Part shown: positions 1-8,407 of the stretch, piece by piece | Numbering within the stretch: the stretch's first letter is position 1 | Layout: each line of letters opens with the position of its first letter | NCBI GenBank assembly: GCA_019113475.1 | Contig: DXHJ01000016.1 | Span: forward strand, 1 to 50,403 | DNA from: Candidatus Dorea intestinavium | Lineage (GTDB): Bacteria > Bacillota > Clostridia > Lachnospirales > Lachnospiraceae | Length of the DNA: 50,403 nucleotides | Direction: 5' to 3' | The notes under the pieces: generated by a model | What the model saw: the letters and a program-made list of their open reading frames with translations, nothing else | Database searches by the model: none | What the model was told of the DNA's origin: nothing | Translations under genes and position numbers: made by a program

Positions 1-72
1 CCCACACCGACACCGGCGCCCACACCGACACCAACACCCACACCGACACCGGCGCCCACACCGACACCAACA
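1..72 (+). repeat. Perfect 36-bp tandem duplication (two 18-bp subunits) encoding a Pro-Thr linker
   Basis: cccacaccgacaccggcgcccacaccgacaccaaca occurs at 1-36 and 37-72. It is truncated by the window edge. Confidence 0.95.
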
Positions 73-468
73 CCCACCCCAGAACCAGAGGTGAATCCAG
101 GTGGCAATAGTGCCCTTGGAGCAGCCATTGCTTCCAGAGGACTTCAATATATAGGAGCTCCTTATGTATATGGTGGGAATAGTTTGGAAACAGGAATTGA
201 CTGTTCCGGTTTTGTTTATCAGATTCATCGACAACTAGGAATTACAACTCCTAGACAATCCGCTTCTTTACTAGCAGGAGGAAAGGCCGTTTCTTTTGCT
301 AATATGCAACCAGGAGACGTGATTTGTTACGTCGGACATGTAGGGATTTATATTGGCAACAATACGATAGTACATGCTTCTCAACCGGGAGATTATCCCA
401 TTGGTGGAGTAAAAACAACTTCTCCTATTACTTTTAGAACGGTTTTAGGGGTTCGCAGATATTGGTAG
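1..468 (+). CDS. NlpC/P60 (C40) cell-wall peptidase, 5' partial, with Pro/Thr-rich linker
   Basis: Frame 1 is open from base 1 (PTPTPAPTPT...PEPEVNPGG) into the ORF-track 91..468 protein. It has YIGAPYVYGG, DCSG (catalytic Cys), GHVGIY and IVHAS. The gene starts before the window. Confidence 0.92.
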   Translation, partial: PTPTPAPTPTPTPTPTPAPTPTPTPTPEPEVNPGGNSALGAAIASRGLQYIGAPYVYGGNSLETGIDCSGFVYQIHRQLGITTPRQSASLLAGGKAVSFANMQPGDVICYVGHVGIYIGNNTIVHASQPGDYPIGGVKTTSPITFRTVLGVRRYW

Positions 469-484
469 AATTAAAGGTAAATTG

Positions 485-530
485 AAACCTTCTAAAGAGC
501 AGAAACGACTTGCACTTTAGAGGGTTTTAT
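485..530 (+). terminator. Intrinsic terminator of the NlpC/P60 gene, overlapping the rpsB promoter
   Basis: aaaccttctaaag (485-497) pairs with ctttagagggttt (515-527), followed by T-rich sequence. Confidence 0.65.
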
Positions 531-538
531 GTTATTCT
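510..538 (+). promoter_or_regulatory. SigA-type promoter of rpsB-tsf
   Basis: TTGCAC (510-515), 17 bp, TATTCT (533-538), with extended -10 TG at 530-531. Confidence 0.75.
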
Positions 539-549
539 TTTAAAGTCGC

Positions 550-640
550 AAAAAACACGTAAAAATAGCCTGAGAAGGTGCCAAAGTTTTTGGTCTCTGA
601 GGAAATATGTTTTTACGGAAGAAAAAACCAAATGGAGGAA
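550..640 (+). ncRNA. rpsB 5' leader (S2 autoregulatory / t44-like cis RNA)
   Basis: Lies between promoter and rpsB RBS. cgtaaaaa (558-565) pairs with tttttacg (610-617), with an inner GGTGCCAAA..TTTGG hairpin. Position and ACAC/GGUGC elements resemble known S2 leaders (by recall). Confidence 0.6.
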
Positions 641-646
641 ATACAA

Positions 647-1378
647 ATGAGTGTTATTTCAATGAAACAACTATTAGAAGCAGGTGTTCACTTTGGACAT
701 CAAACAAGAAGATGGAACCCTAAAATGGCTCCTTATATCTACACAGAAAGAAATGGAATTTATATCATCGATCTTCAAAAATCAGTTGGTAAGGTTGATG
801 AAGCATATAAAGCAATTTCTGATATCGCAGCAGATGGTGGCTCAATTTTATTTGTTGGTACTAAAAAACAAGCTCAAGATGCTATTAAAGCAGAAGCATC
901 TCGTTGTGGAATGTACTATGTAAATGAAAGATGGCTTGGCGGAATGCTTACAAACTTCAAGACAATTAAGAGCCGTGTTGAAAGATTAAAAGAAATTGAA
1001 AGAATGTCAGAAGATGGAACTTTCGAATTATTACCTAAAAAAGAAGTTATCCAACTTAGAAAAGAATGGGATAAATTAGAGAAGAACCTTGGTGGTATTA
1101 AAGACATGAAGAAACTTCCAGATGCTATCTTTGTAGTAGATCCTAAGAAAGAAAAGATCTGTATCCAAGAAGCTCATACACTAGGAATCCCACTAATCGG
1201 TATTGCTGATACAAACTGTGATCCTGAAGAACTTGATTACGTAATTCCAGGAAATGATGATGCTATTCGTGCTGTAAAACTTATCGTTTCAAAAATGGCA
1301 GATGCAGTAATCGAAGCAAATCAAGGCGCTACAGGCGACGATATGTTTGTTGAGGAAACAGAAGAAGTAGAAGCATAA
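647..1378 (+). CDS. rpsB: 30S ribosomal protein S2
   Basis: [46 protein letters not shown]. Start reset to ATG 647 after GGAGG (634-638). Confidence 0.99.
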   Translation: MSVISMKQLLEAGVHFGHQTRRWNPKMAPYIYTERNGIYIIDLQKSVGKVDEAYKAISDIAADGGSILFVGTKKQAQDAIKAEASRCGMYYVNERWLGGMLTNFKTIKSRVERLKEIERMSEDGTFELLPKKEVIQLRKEWDKLEKNLGGIKDMKKLPDAIFVVDPKKEKICIQEAHTLGIPLIGIADTNCDPEELDYVIPGNDDAIRAVKLIVSKMADAVIEANQGATGDDMFVEETEEVEA

Positions 1379-1408
1379 TAATAGGTAATATAATAGGAGG
1401 AAATAATC

Positions 1409-2326
1409 ATGGCAATCACAGCTAGTATGGTTAAAGAACTGCGTGAAATTACAGGCGCAGGCATGTTAGATTGTAAAAAAGCACTAACTGAGACAAACGG
1501 AGACATTGAAGCAGCAGTAGAATTCCTTAGAATGCATGGACAAGCTAAAGCTGAAAAGAAAGCAGGAAGAATTGCAGCAGAAGGTCTTGTTGGTACTCAC
1601 ATTATTGATGATAAAACAGCAGCAATTGCAGAAGTAAACTCAGAAACTGATTTTGTTTCTCAAACAGATGAATTCAAAGATTTTGTTAAGGCAGTTGTAG
1701 AACAAACAGCAGCAACAAACAATGTTGATGTAGAAGCACTTTTAGAAGAACCATGGAAACTTGATGACTCTAAAACTGTTAAAGAAGCATTAACAGAAAA
1801 AGTTTCTGTTATTGGTGAAAACTTAAATATCAGAAGATTTACAAAAATCGAAACAGAAGGCGTTATCGTATCTTACATTCACGGTGGTGGAAGAATCGGT
1901 GTTTTAGTTGATGCTGATACTGATGTAGTTAATGACGAAATCAAACTTGCACTTAGAAATGTAGCTATGCAAATCGCAGCTATGTCACCAAAGTATGTAT
2001 CTAGGGATGAAGTTTCTGCAGAATATATTGAACACGAAAAAGGAATCTTATTAGCGCAAGCTAAAGAAGAAAATCCAGAAAAACCAGATAATATCATTGA
2101 AAAAATGATTATTGGCCGTTTAAACAAAGAACTAAAAGAAGTTTGTCTTTTAGATCAAGTTTATGTTCAAGATTCTGACTTAACAGTTGGAAAATATATC
2201 GAAAAAGTTGCAAAAGAAAACAATGCTAAACTTTCTATTAAGAGATTCGTTCGTTACGAAACAGGCGAAGGCTTAGAAAAGAAATCAGACGATTTTGCAG
2301 CTGAAGTTGCAGCTCAATTAGGCTAA
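1409..2326 (+). CDS. tsf: Elongation factor Ts
   Basis: VKELREITGAGMLDCKKAL, EVNSETDFV, GENLNIRRF. Follows rpsB. Confidence 0.99.
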   Translation: MAITASMVKELREITGAGMLDCKKALTETNGDIEAAVEFLRMHGQAKAEKKAGRIAAEGLVGTHIIDDKTAAIAEVNSETDFVSQTDEFKDFVKAVVEQTAATNNVDVEALLEEPWKLDDSKTVKEALTEKVSVIGENLNIRRFTKIETEGVIVSYIHGGGRIGVLVDADTDVVNDEIKLALRNVAMQIAAMSPKYVSRDEVSAEYIEHEKGILLAQAKEENPEKPDNIIEKMIIGRLNKELKEVCLLDQVYVQDSDLTVGKYIEKVAKENNAKLSIKRFVRYETGEGLEKKSDDFAAEVAAQLG

Positions 2327-2332
2327 ATAAAT

Positions 2333-2372
2333 AAAAAAAGGGTTTGTGCTAAAAGGCACAGACCCTTTTTTC
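2333..2372 (+). terminator. Intrinsic terminator after tsf
   Basis: aaaaaagggtttgtgct / ggcacagacccttttttt hairpin with U-tract. Confidence 0.9.
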
Positions 2373-2399
2373 GTTGGGAATCATTAAAGGAGGAGAAAG

Positions 2400-3194
2400 A
2401 TGAAATTAGGATTTATCGGCACTGGTAATATGGCTTCGGCGATAATTGGAGGAATATTAGGGAAAAACAAAGTAAAGCAAAAGGATATTATTGGTTCCGC
2501 ATTGACTACAAAAAGCAGACAAAGAGTAAAAGATAAGTTCGGAATTGAAGTAACAGATAGTAATTTGGAGGTTGTGGAAAAAGCAAGGATTATTTTCTTA
2601 GCTGTAAAACCTCAACTTTATAATGAAGTAATTAAGGAAATTAGAGATAAAATAAAAGAGGAACAAATTATCGTAACCATTGCAGCGGGAAAAAGCTTGC
2701 AATGGCTGGAAGAAAAATTTCACAAGAAGCAAAAGATAGTTCGTACCATGCCTAACACTCCGGCTTTGGTAGGCGAAGGGATGACAGTTGCTACGATGAA
2801 TGAGCAAATTACGAGGGAGGAAGAAGGGATTATTTTAGATCTTCTACAAAGCTTTGGCAAGGTGGAAGTTATTCCTGAATCTTTAATGGATGCCGTGGTA
2901 CCAGTCAGTGGCTCTTCACCGGCTTATGTTTTTATGCTGATTGAAGCAATGGCAGATTCAGCTGTTTATAGTGGTGTCCCTAGGGAACAAGCTTATCGTT
3001 TAGCGGCACAAGCGGTTTTAGGTAGTGCCAAAATGATTCTAGAAAGTAATCGCCATCCTGGAGATTTAAAAGACATGGTTTGCTCACCAGGAGGAGCCAC
3101 CATTGCCTCGGTTAGAACGCTAGAAGAACGGGGCTTTAGAAGTGCAATCATAGAAGCAATGCAAACTTGCGAAGCAAAATGTAAAAATCTATAG
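2400..3194 (+). CDS. proC: Pyrroline-5-carboxylate reductase
   Basis: GFIGTGNMA Rossmann motif, VRTMPNTP, SGSSPAY, VCSPGG. Confidence 0.97.
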   Translation: MKLGFIGTGNMASAIIGGILGKNKVKQKDIIGSALTTKSRQRVKDKFGIEVTDSNLEVVEKARIIFLAVKPQLYNEVIKEIRDKIKEEQIIVTIAAGKSLQWLEEKFHKKQKIVRTMPNTPALVGEGMTVATMNEQITREEEGIILDLLQSFGKVEVIPESLMDAVVPVSGSSPAYVFMLIEAMADSAVYSGVPREQAYRLAAQAVLGSAKMILESNRHPGDLKDMVCSPGGATIASVRTLEERGFRSAIIEAMQTCEAKCKNL

Positions 3195-3211
3195 GAAAAG
3201 CAGAAAGGGAG

Positions 3212-3245
3212 AAAGCTCATAGCTAATTATGAGCTTTTTTATTTT
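3212..3245 (+). terminator. Intrinsic terminator after proC
   Basis: aaagctcata / tatgagcttt followed by T-tract. Confidence 0.8.
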
Positions 3246-3348
3246 CCACAAATTTATAAAAATAAATTCTTATAAATTAGATAAACTGACAAACAAATAA
3301 CAACAAAGAAGGCAATATTTATCAAAAACTGACAAATAATTAACTTAA

Positions 3349-3377
3349 TTGTAATGATTAATGACAGATGTTATAAT
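3349..3377 (+). promoter_or_regulatory. SigA-type promoter of the hydrogenase operon
   Basis: TTGTAA (3349-3354), 17 bp, TATAAT (3372-3377), with TG extension. Confidence 0.75.
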
Positions 3378-3410
3378 AAATTATTATTAAATCTCTAAGG
3401 GAGGAAATGA

Positions 3411-5246
3411 ATGAGTAGATTATTGGTAAAGAGATCAGATGCCGTACAAGAAAGTGTTGACTTCTTGTATAAAGATCTGGAACGAAGAATGATAGCGGGA
3501 GTTGTAGATTCATGCCCGGCGGACTTTCACTTGGGATTTTTAAAAATGTGTCATGCCCAAACTTGTGGTAAATGTACATCTTGTCGAATCGGATTAAAAA
3601 AGTTACAAGGGCTTTTGGAAGATGTTCTAGCAAATAAAGCAACGGTAAAAACCATTGACTTAATTAGGGACACGGCCAAGAATATTTATGAATCTGCTGA
3701 TTGTGCCATAGGTCATGAAGCAGCGAGAATGGTCTATCATGGAGTAAATGAATGCTATGATGAATATGTAAAATACATCGAGGAAGGTGGAAATATTAGT
3801 GCTACTACTATTTCTGTACCCTGTATTGCTGATTGCCCAGCAAACGTGGATATTCCAGGTTATATTGCCCTAATGAGTGAAGGCAAATACGAAGATGCAG
3901 TGCGCTTAATTAAAAGAGATAATCCTTTCCCCACAACCTGCGCTTTTGTCTGTGAACATCCTTGTGAAAGAAAGTGTAGACGCCGGATGATTGACACGCC
4001 TATTAATATTAGAGGCGTCAAAAGAGCGGCAGTGGATTTTGTGGAAGATGTAAAAGACAATGAAAAAGCCGAGCCAACAGGGAAAAAAGTCGCTATCGTA
4101 GGGGGTGGCCCTAGTGGTTTAAGCGCGGCTTATTATTTAACTTTAATGGGGCACGAAGTTGAGGTTTATGAAGAAAAATCCAAGCTTGGTGGTATGCTTC
4201 GTTATGGTATTCCGGCTTATCGTTTCCCGAGAGAAAGATTACAAAAAGATATTGACGCGATTTTAAGATTAGGAGTGAAAGTTCATAGAAATACCCGCAT
4301 TGGTAAAGATATAACGTTAGAAAAACTAAGAAAAGATTTTGATGCTGTTTATATTGCTATTGGTGCCCACACAGATAAGAAGATGGGAATTGAAGGGGAA
4401 GACGCAAAAGGAGTGATTTCTGCCGTAGATTTTCTCTATCACATCGGGGAAGAAGAAATGCCAGATTTAACAGGAAAAACAGTAGCTGTCTTAGGCGGTG
4501 GAAATGTGGCCATGGACTGTGCAAGATCAGCCATAAGATTAGGTGCTAAAAAAGTTTCCGTTGTTTATCGTAGAAGACAAGAAGATATGCCAGCATTAGC
4601 GGCAGAAGTAGAAAGCGCCGTAGCAGAAGGGGTGGAAATGATCACCCTACAAGTGCCTCTGCGAATTGAAAAAAATGATCAAGGTGAAGTAGCGGGTCTT
4701 TTAGTACAACCACAAATTATTGGCTTAAGTGATAGAAAAGGTAGACCAGCTCCTAGAAATGCCAATAAACCAGAGGAAATTATTCCCTGTGATGCCGTTT
4801 TAGTAGCCATTGGGCAAAACATTGAATATACGCATTTTGAAACAGCAGGTATTGAAATAAAACACGGCGCAATTGGTGCTTTTGATGACGGGAATGTACC
4901 GGAAAATCAGGGCGTTTTTGCCGGTGGAGATTGTGTAACAGGCCCGGCTACTGTTATTCGTGCTATTGAAGGAGGAAAAGTAGCAGCGGCAAATATTGAT
5001 GAATATTTAGGTTATCATCATGAGATTGAAGATGATATTGAAATTCCTGCCGTTCATTTAAGTAACAAGCGTCAATGTGGACGTATCGAGTTACAAGAGC
5101 GAGAAGCAAGTGAAAGAAAATGTGATTTTGAAGGAGTAGAATTAGGCATGACCGTGGAAGAAATGGAACAAGAGGCAGCTAGATGCCTTCGCTGTGATTA
5201 TCATGGATTTGGATCACTTAAAGGAGGGAGGGCTGCAAAATGGTAA
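3411..5246 (+). CDS. GltD/NfnB-like FAD/NAD(P)H oxidoreductase with N-terminal NuoF-type 4Fe-4S domain; hydrogenase partner subunit
   Basis: QTCGKCTSCRIG...DCAIG (NADH_4Fe-4S-like), PCIADCP / CAFVCEHPCERKC Fe-S motifs, GGGPSG, GGMLRYGIP, GGGNVAMD, VYRR, GGDCVTGP, EAARCLRC. Confidence 0.9.
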   Translation: MSRLLVKRSDAVQESVDFLYKDLERRMIAGVVDSCPADFHLGFLKMCHAQTCGKCTSCRIGLKKLQGLLEDVLANKATVKTIDLIRDTAKNIYESADCAIGHEAARMVYHGVNECYDEYVKYIEEGGNISATTISVPCIADCPANVDIPGYIALMSEGKYEDAVRLIKRDNPFPTTCAFVCEHPCERKCRRRMIDTPINIRGVKRAAVDFVEDVKDNEKAEPTGKKVAIVGGGPSGLSAAYYLTLMGHEVEVYEEKSKLGGMLRYGIPAYRFPRERLQKDIDAILRLGVKVHRNTRIGKDITLEKLRKDFDAVYIAIGAHTDKKMGIEGEDAKGVISAVDFLYHIGEEEMPDLTGKTVAVLGGGNVAMDCARSAIRLGAKKVSVVYRRRQEDMPALAAEVESAVAEGVEMITLQVPLRIEKNDQGEVAGLLVQPQIIGLSDRKGRPAPRNANKPEEIIPCDAVLVAIGQNIEYTHFETAGIEIKHGAIGAFDDGNVPENQGVFAGGDCVTGPATVIRAIEGGKVAAANIDEYLGYHHEIEDDIEIPAVHLSNKRQCGRIELQEREASERKCDFEGVELGMTVEEMEQEAARCLRCDYHGFGSLKGGRAAKW

Positions 5247-6961
5247 ATGTTACAATTGATGGCCACAAGTTAGAGGTGCCAGAAAATACAACCATTATGG
5301 AAGCTGCTGAAAGCATCGGCATCAAGATTCCTAAACTTTGCTTTTTGAAAGAAATTAATGAAATTGGTGCTTGCCGTGTTTGTATCGTTGATGTAGAGGG
5401 AATGGACCGAGTGGTCTCCTCTTGTAATCATCAAGTAGAGGAGGGAATGGTTGTTCACACCAATAGCCCTAGAGTTAGAGATATAAGAAGAACCAACGTT
5501 CAATTAATTTTGTCGGAGCACAATAACCAATGTCCAACTTGCGTTAGAAATGGTAATTGTTCTCTACAAGACGTAACAGAAATGATGGGACTTATGAGTG
5601 TTCCTTTCGATATTGAATTGGAAACGGGCATAAGCAACACTGATTTTCCAATTATTAAAGATAAGTCTAAATGTATCAAATGCATGCGTTGTGTTAACAT
5701 TTGTGATAAAGTGCAAACCCTTGGGGTTTGGGATGTGGTAAATACGGGATATCGTACTACCGTTGGTATTAAAAACAATGTGGATATGACAAAGACAAAT
5801 TGTAGTGCTTGTGGACAATGTGTAACCCACTGTCCAGTTGGCGCGTTAACAGTTAGAAGAGATTCAAAAGGAGTGTATGAAGCGTTACATAATCCGGAAA
5901 TTATTACGGTGGTGCAAGTAGCACCAGCAGTAAGAGCAGGATTTGCTCAGGCCTTAGGAATTAAGAATAAAGAATTAACCACGGGACAAATGGTAACAGC
6001 CTTAAAAGATTTAGGCTTTGATTATGTTTTTGATACTAATTTTGCAGCTGATTTAACCATTATGGAAGAAGGAAGTGAGCTTCTTCATAAACTTTCTCAT
6101 AAAGAAGATTATCAGTGGCCGATGTTTACGTCTTGTTGTCCGGGCTGGGTTCGCTTTATGAAAAGTGAATACCCGGATATGGTGGATCAGCTTTCCAGCG
6201 CTAAATCGCCACAGCAAATGTTTGGGGCAGTAACCAAAACTTGGTTTGCTGATAAAATAGGCGTTGATCCTTCGCGACTTTTTGTGATTTCCGTTATGCC
6301 TTGTTCTGCTAAAAAATATGAGTGCGACGTGGAAGAATTAAATGTAACAGAAGGCATTAAGGATGTAGATGCGGTTCTTATTACTAGAGAAATGTTGCAA
6401 TTTATGAAGATAGATAATATTGACTTAACCAATTTAAAAGAAAGTGAGTTTGATAGTCCTTTAGGAGAAGGAAGTGGCGCCGGCGTAATTTTTGGTGCTT
6501 CCGGCGGTGTGATGGAAGCAGCTCTTCGCTCTGCTTACTATTTAATTAAAAAAGAAAATATCGATCCAGATGCATTTAAAGAGGTAAGAGGCTATACCAC
6601 TAGAAGAGAGTTAGAAGTAGATATTGATGGTAATGTGGTGCGCTGTGCGGCTGTCTCTTCCTTATCAGAAGCACGAAAGCTAATTGAGGATATTAAAAAA
6701 GGCAAAGCAAAGTATGACTTTGTTGAGGTCATGGCTTGTCCTGGCGGTTGTGCTGGAGGTGGCGGTCAACCCATCAAAGATAGTGAGACACCAGTTCTTG
6801 AAAGAGAAGCAATCCTTTATAAGATAGATAAAAATTCGCCCATTCGTTATTCTCATGAAAACAGTGAGGTACTAACCCTTTATAAAGAATTCTTAGGAGA
6901 ACCATTATCAGAAAAATCGCATCATCTACTTCATACAAAGCAAAGAGAATGGAGTTACTAA
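5240..6961 (+). CDS. hydA: [FeFe]-hydrogenase catalytic subunit, group A (M3 architecture)
   Basis: H-cluster motifs FTSCCPGW, MPCSAKKYE and EVMACPGGCAGGGGQP. N-terminal 2Fe-2S, His-ligated (EHNNQCPTC) and two 4Fe-4S motifs. Overlaps the upstream gene. Confidence 0.96.
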   Translation: MVNVTIDGHKLEVPENTTIMEAAESIGIKIPKLCFLKEINEIGACRVCIVDVEGMDRVVSSCNHQVEEGMVVHTNSPRVRDIRRTNVQLILSEHNNQCPTCVRNGNCSLQDVTEMMGLMSVPFDIELETGISNTDFPIIKDKSKCIKCMRCVNICDKVQTLGVWDVVNTGYRTTVGIKNNVDMTKTNCSACGQCVTHCPVGALTVRRDSKGVYEALHNPEIITVVQVAPAVRAGFAQALGIKNKELTTGQMVTALKDLGFDYVFDTNFAADLTIMEEGSELLHKLSHKEDYQWPMFTSCCPGWVRFMKSEYPDMVDQLSSAKSPQQMFGAVTKTWFADKIGVDPSRLFVISVMPCSAKKYECDVEELNVTEGIKDVDAVLITREMLQFMKIDNIDLTNLKESEFDSPLGEGSGAGVIFGASGGVMEAALRSAYYLIKKENIDPDAFKEVRGYTTRRELEVDIDGNVVRCAAVSSLSEARKLIEDIKKGKAKYDFVEVMACPGGCAGGGGQPIKDSETPVLEREAILYKIDKNSPIRYSHENSEVLTLYKEFLGEPLSEKSHHLLHTKQREWSY

Positions 6962-6969
6962 AGAAAAGA

Positions 6970-7004
6970 AGAGGTACAAGCAAGCGGCTTGTACCTCTAT
7001 TTTT
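6970..7004 (+). terminator. Intrinsic terminator after the hydrogenase
   Basis: agaggtacaagc (6970-6981) / gcttgtacctct (6987-6998), then attttt. Confidence 0.88.
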
Positions 7005-7038
7005 GATGGTTTCAGCTATTTTCTTTTTTAGGAGTCTA

Positions 7039-7047
7039 TGCTATAAT
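7039..7047 (+). promoter_or_regulatory. Extended -10 promoter of the pyrH operon
   Basis: TGCTATAAT about 30 bp upstream of the pyrH ATG. Confidence 0.6.
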
Positions 7048-7077
7048 TTTCGTAGTATGTAAAAAGGAGCATGAATA

Positions 7078-7773
7078 ATGAAAAGAGTCTTATTAAAGCT
7101 AAGTGGCGAAGCACTTGCAGGAGACAAAAAAACAGGCTTTGATGAAGCTACCTGTATCGCTGTAGCGAAACAAGTAAAACAGTTAGTAGATCAAGGAATA
7201 GAAGTGGCAATCGTAACAGGAGGCGGCAATTTTTGGCGAGGCAGAACAAGTGAAACCATCGACCGTGTCAAGGCTGATCAAATTGGGATGCTTGCAACTG
7301 TTATGAACTGTATTTATGTATCAGACATTTTCCGTCATGTAGGCATGAAAACAGAAGTTTTTACACCTTTTGTCTGTGGCGCATTTACCACCTTATTTTC
7401 GAAAGATTTAGCAGTAGAAGCCTTAGAAAAGGGCAAAGTAATCTTCTTTGCCGGTGGTACAGGACACCCTTATTTCTCAACTGATACAGGTGCAGTTTTA
7501 AAAGCCATTGAAATAGAAGCCGATGTGATGTTACTAGCAAAGGCCATAGATGGTATTTATGATAGCGATCCAAAGATTAATAAAGATGCCCATAAGTATG
7601 AAGAAATTACCATTGATGAAATGATTGATAAAAAATTAATGGCCATTGACTTAACCGCATCGATGATGTGCTTAGAAAATAAAATGCCAATGTTAGTATT
7701 TGGCTTAAATGAAGAAGAGTCAATAGTAAATACGATGTTTGGAACATTTACAGGAACGAAAGTAACTGTATAA
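7078..7773 (+). CDS. pyrH: UMP kinase
   Basis: KRVLLKLSGEAL, GGGNFWRG, GMLATVMN, PYFSTDT. Confidence 0.98.
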   Translation: MKRVLLKLSGEALAGDKKTGFDEATCIAVAKQVKQLVDQGIEVAIVTGGGNFWRGRTSETIDRVKADQIGMLATVMNCIYVSDIFRHVGMKTEVFTPFVCGAFTTLFSKDLAVEALEKGKVIFFAGGTGHPYFSTDTGAVLKAIEIEADVMLLAKAIDGIYDSDPKINKDAHKYEEITIDEMIDKKLMAIDLTASMMCLENKMPMLVFGLNEEESIVNTMFGTFTGTKVTV

Positions 7774-7787
7774 AAGGAGGATTTATA

Positions 7788-8339
7788 ATGAGTGAGAGAT
7801 TAGCAATATACGAAGAAAAAATGGAAAAAACCCTAATAAATTTAGATGAAGAATTGGCAGGTATTAGAGCTGGTAGAGCAAACCCTAATGTCCTTAATAA
7901 AATCATGGTTGATTATTACGGCACCCCAACACCTCTTCAACAAGTAGCCAACGTTTCCGTTCCTGAAGCACGACTAATTCAGATTGCTCCTTGGGAAAAG
8001 AGCTTGTTAAAAGAAATCGAAAAGGCTATTCAAATTTCTGATTTAGGAATTAACCCAACTAATGATGGAACCCACATTAGATTATCGTTTCCTGAATTAA
8101 CGGAAGAAAGAAGAAAAGACTTAGTAAAAGATGTAAAGAAAAAAGGGGAAGCAGCTAAGATCGCTATTAGAAATATTCGCAGAGACGGAAATGATTTTAT
8201 TAAAAAATTAAAAGGCTCGGATGTATCTGAAGATGAGATGAAAGATCTTGAAGCGGAAATTCAAAAATTCACAGATGAGTTTATCAAAAAAATTGATAAG
8301 GCTGTTGAAGTTAAATCAGAAGAAGTTATGACTGTATAA
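7788..8339 (+). CDS. frr: Ribosome recycling factor
   Basis: IRAGRANP, DYYGTPTP, PELTEERRKDLVK, IRNIRRD. Confidence 0.98.
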   Translation: MSERLAIYEEKMEKTLINLDEELAGIRAGRANPNVLNKIMVDYYGTPTPLQQVANVSVPEARLIQIAPWEKSLLKEIEKAIQISDLGINPTNDGTHIRLSFPELTEERRKDLVKDVKKKGEAAKIAIRNIRRDGNDFIKKLKGSDVSEDEMKDLEAEIQKFTDEFIKKIDKAVEVKSEEVMTV

Positions 8340-8348
8340 GATTTATGA

Positions 8349-8378
8349 GGGAACCTGTCTTTTAAGGTTCCCCTTTTT
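8349..8378 (+). terminator. Intergenic terminator/attenuator hairpin after frr
   Basis: gggaacct / aggttccc followed by cttttt. Confidence 0.75.
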
Positions 8379-8407
8379 ACACTTAAGAAAAGGAGTGGCA
8401 AATCACA

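Noticed and set aside
1-72. 36-bp direct repeat as a CRISPR array
   Set aside because: The units are contiguous with no spacers, encode an in-frame Pro-Thr linker, and no cas genes are present.
578-646. N-terminal extension of RpsB in the ORF track
   Set aside because: The conserved S2 sequence begins at ATG 647 with a proper RBS. The upstream stretch is the structured leader.
3349-3390. Rex operator at the hydrogenase promoter
   Set aside because: At best a half-match to TTGTWAA-N4-TTAACAA in very AT-rich DNA.
3411-6961. Glutamate synthase or classical bifurcating HydABC
   Set aside because: No GltB large subunit, no NuoE-like subunit and no NuoF FMN/NADH core are present.
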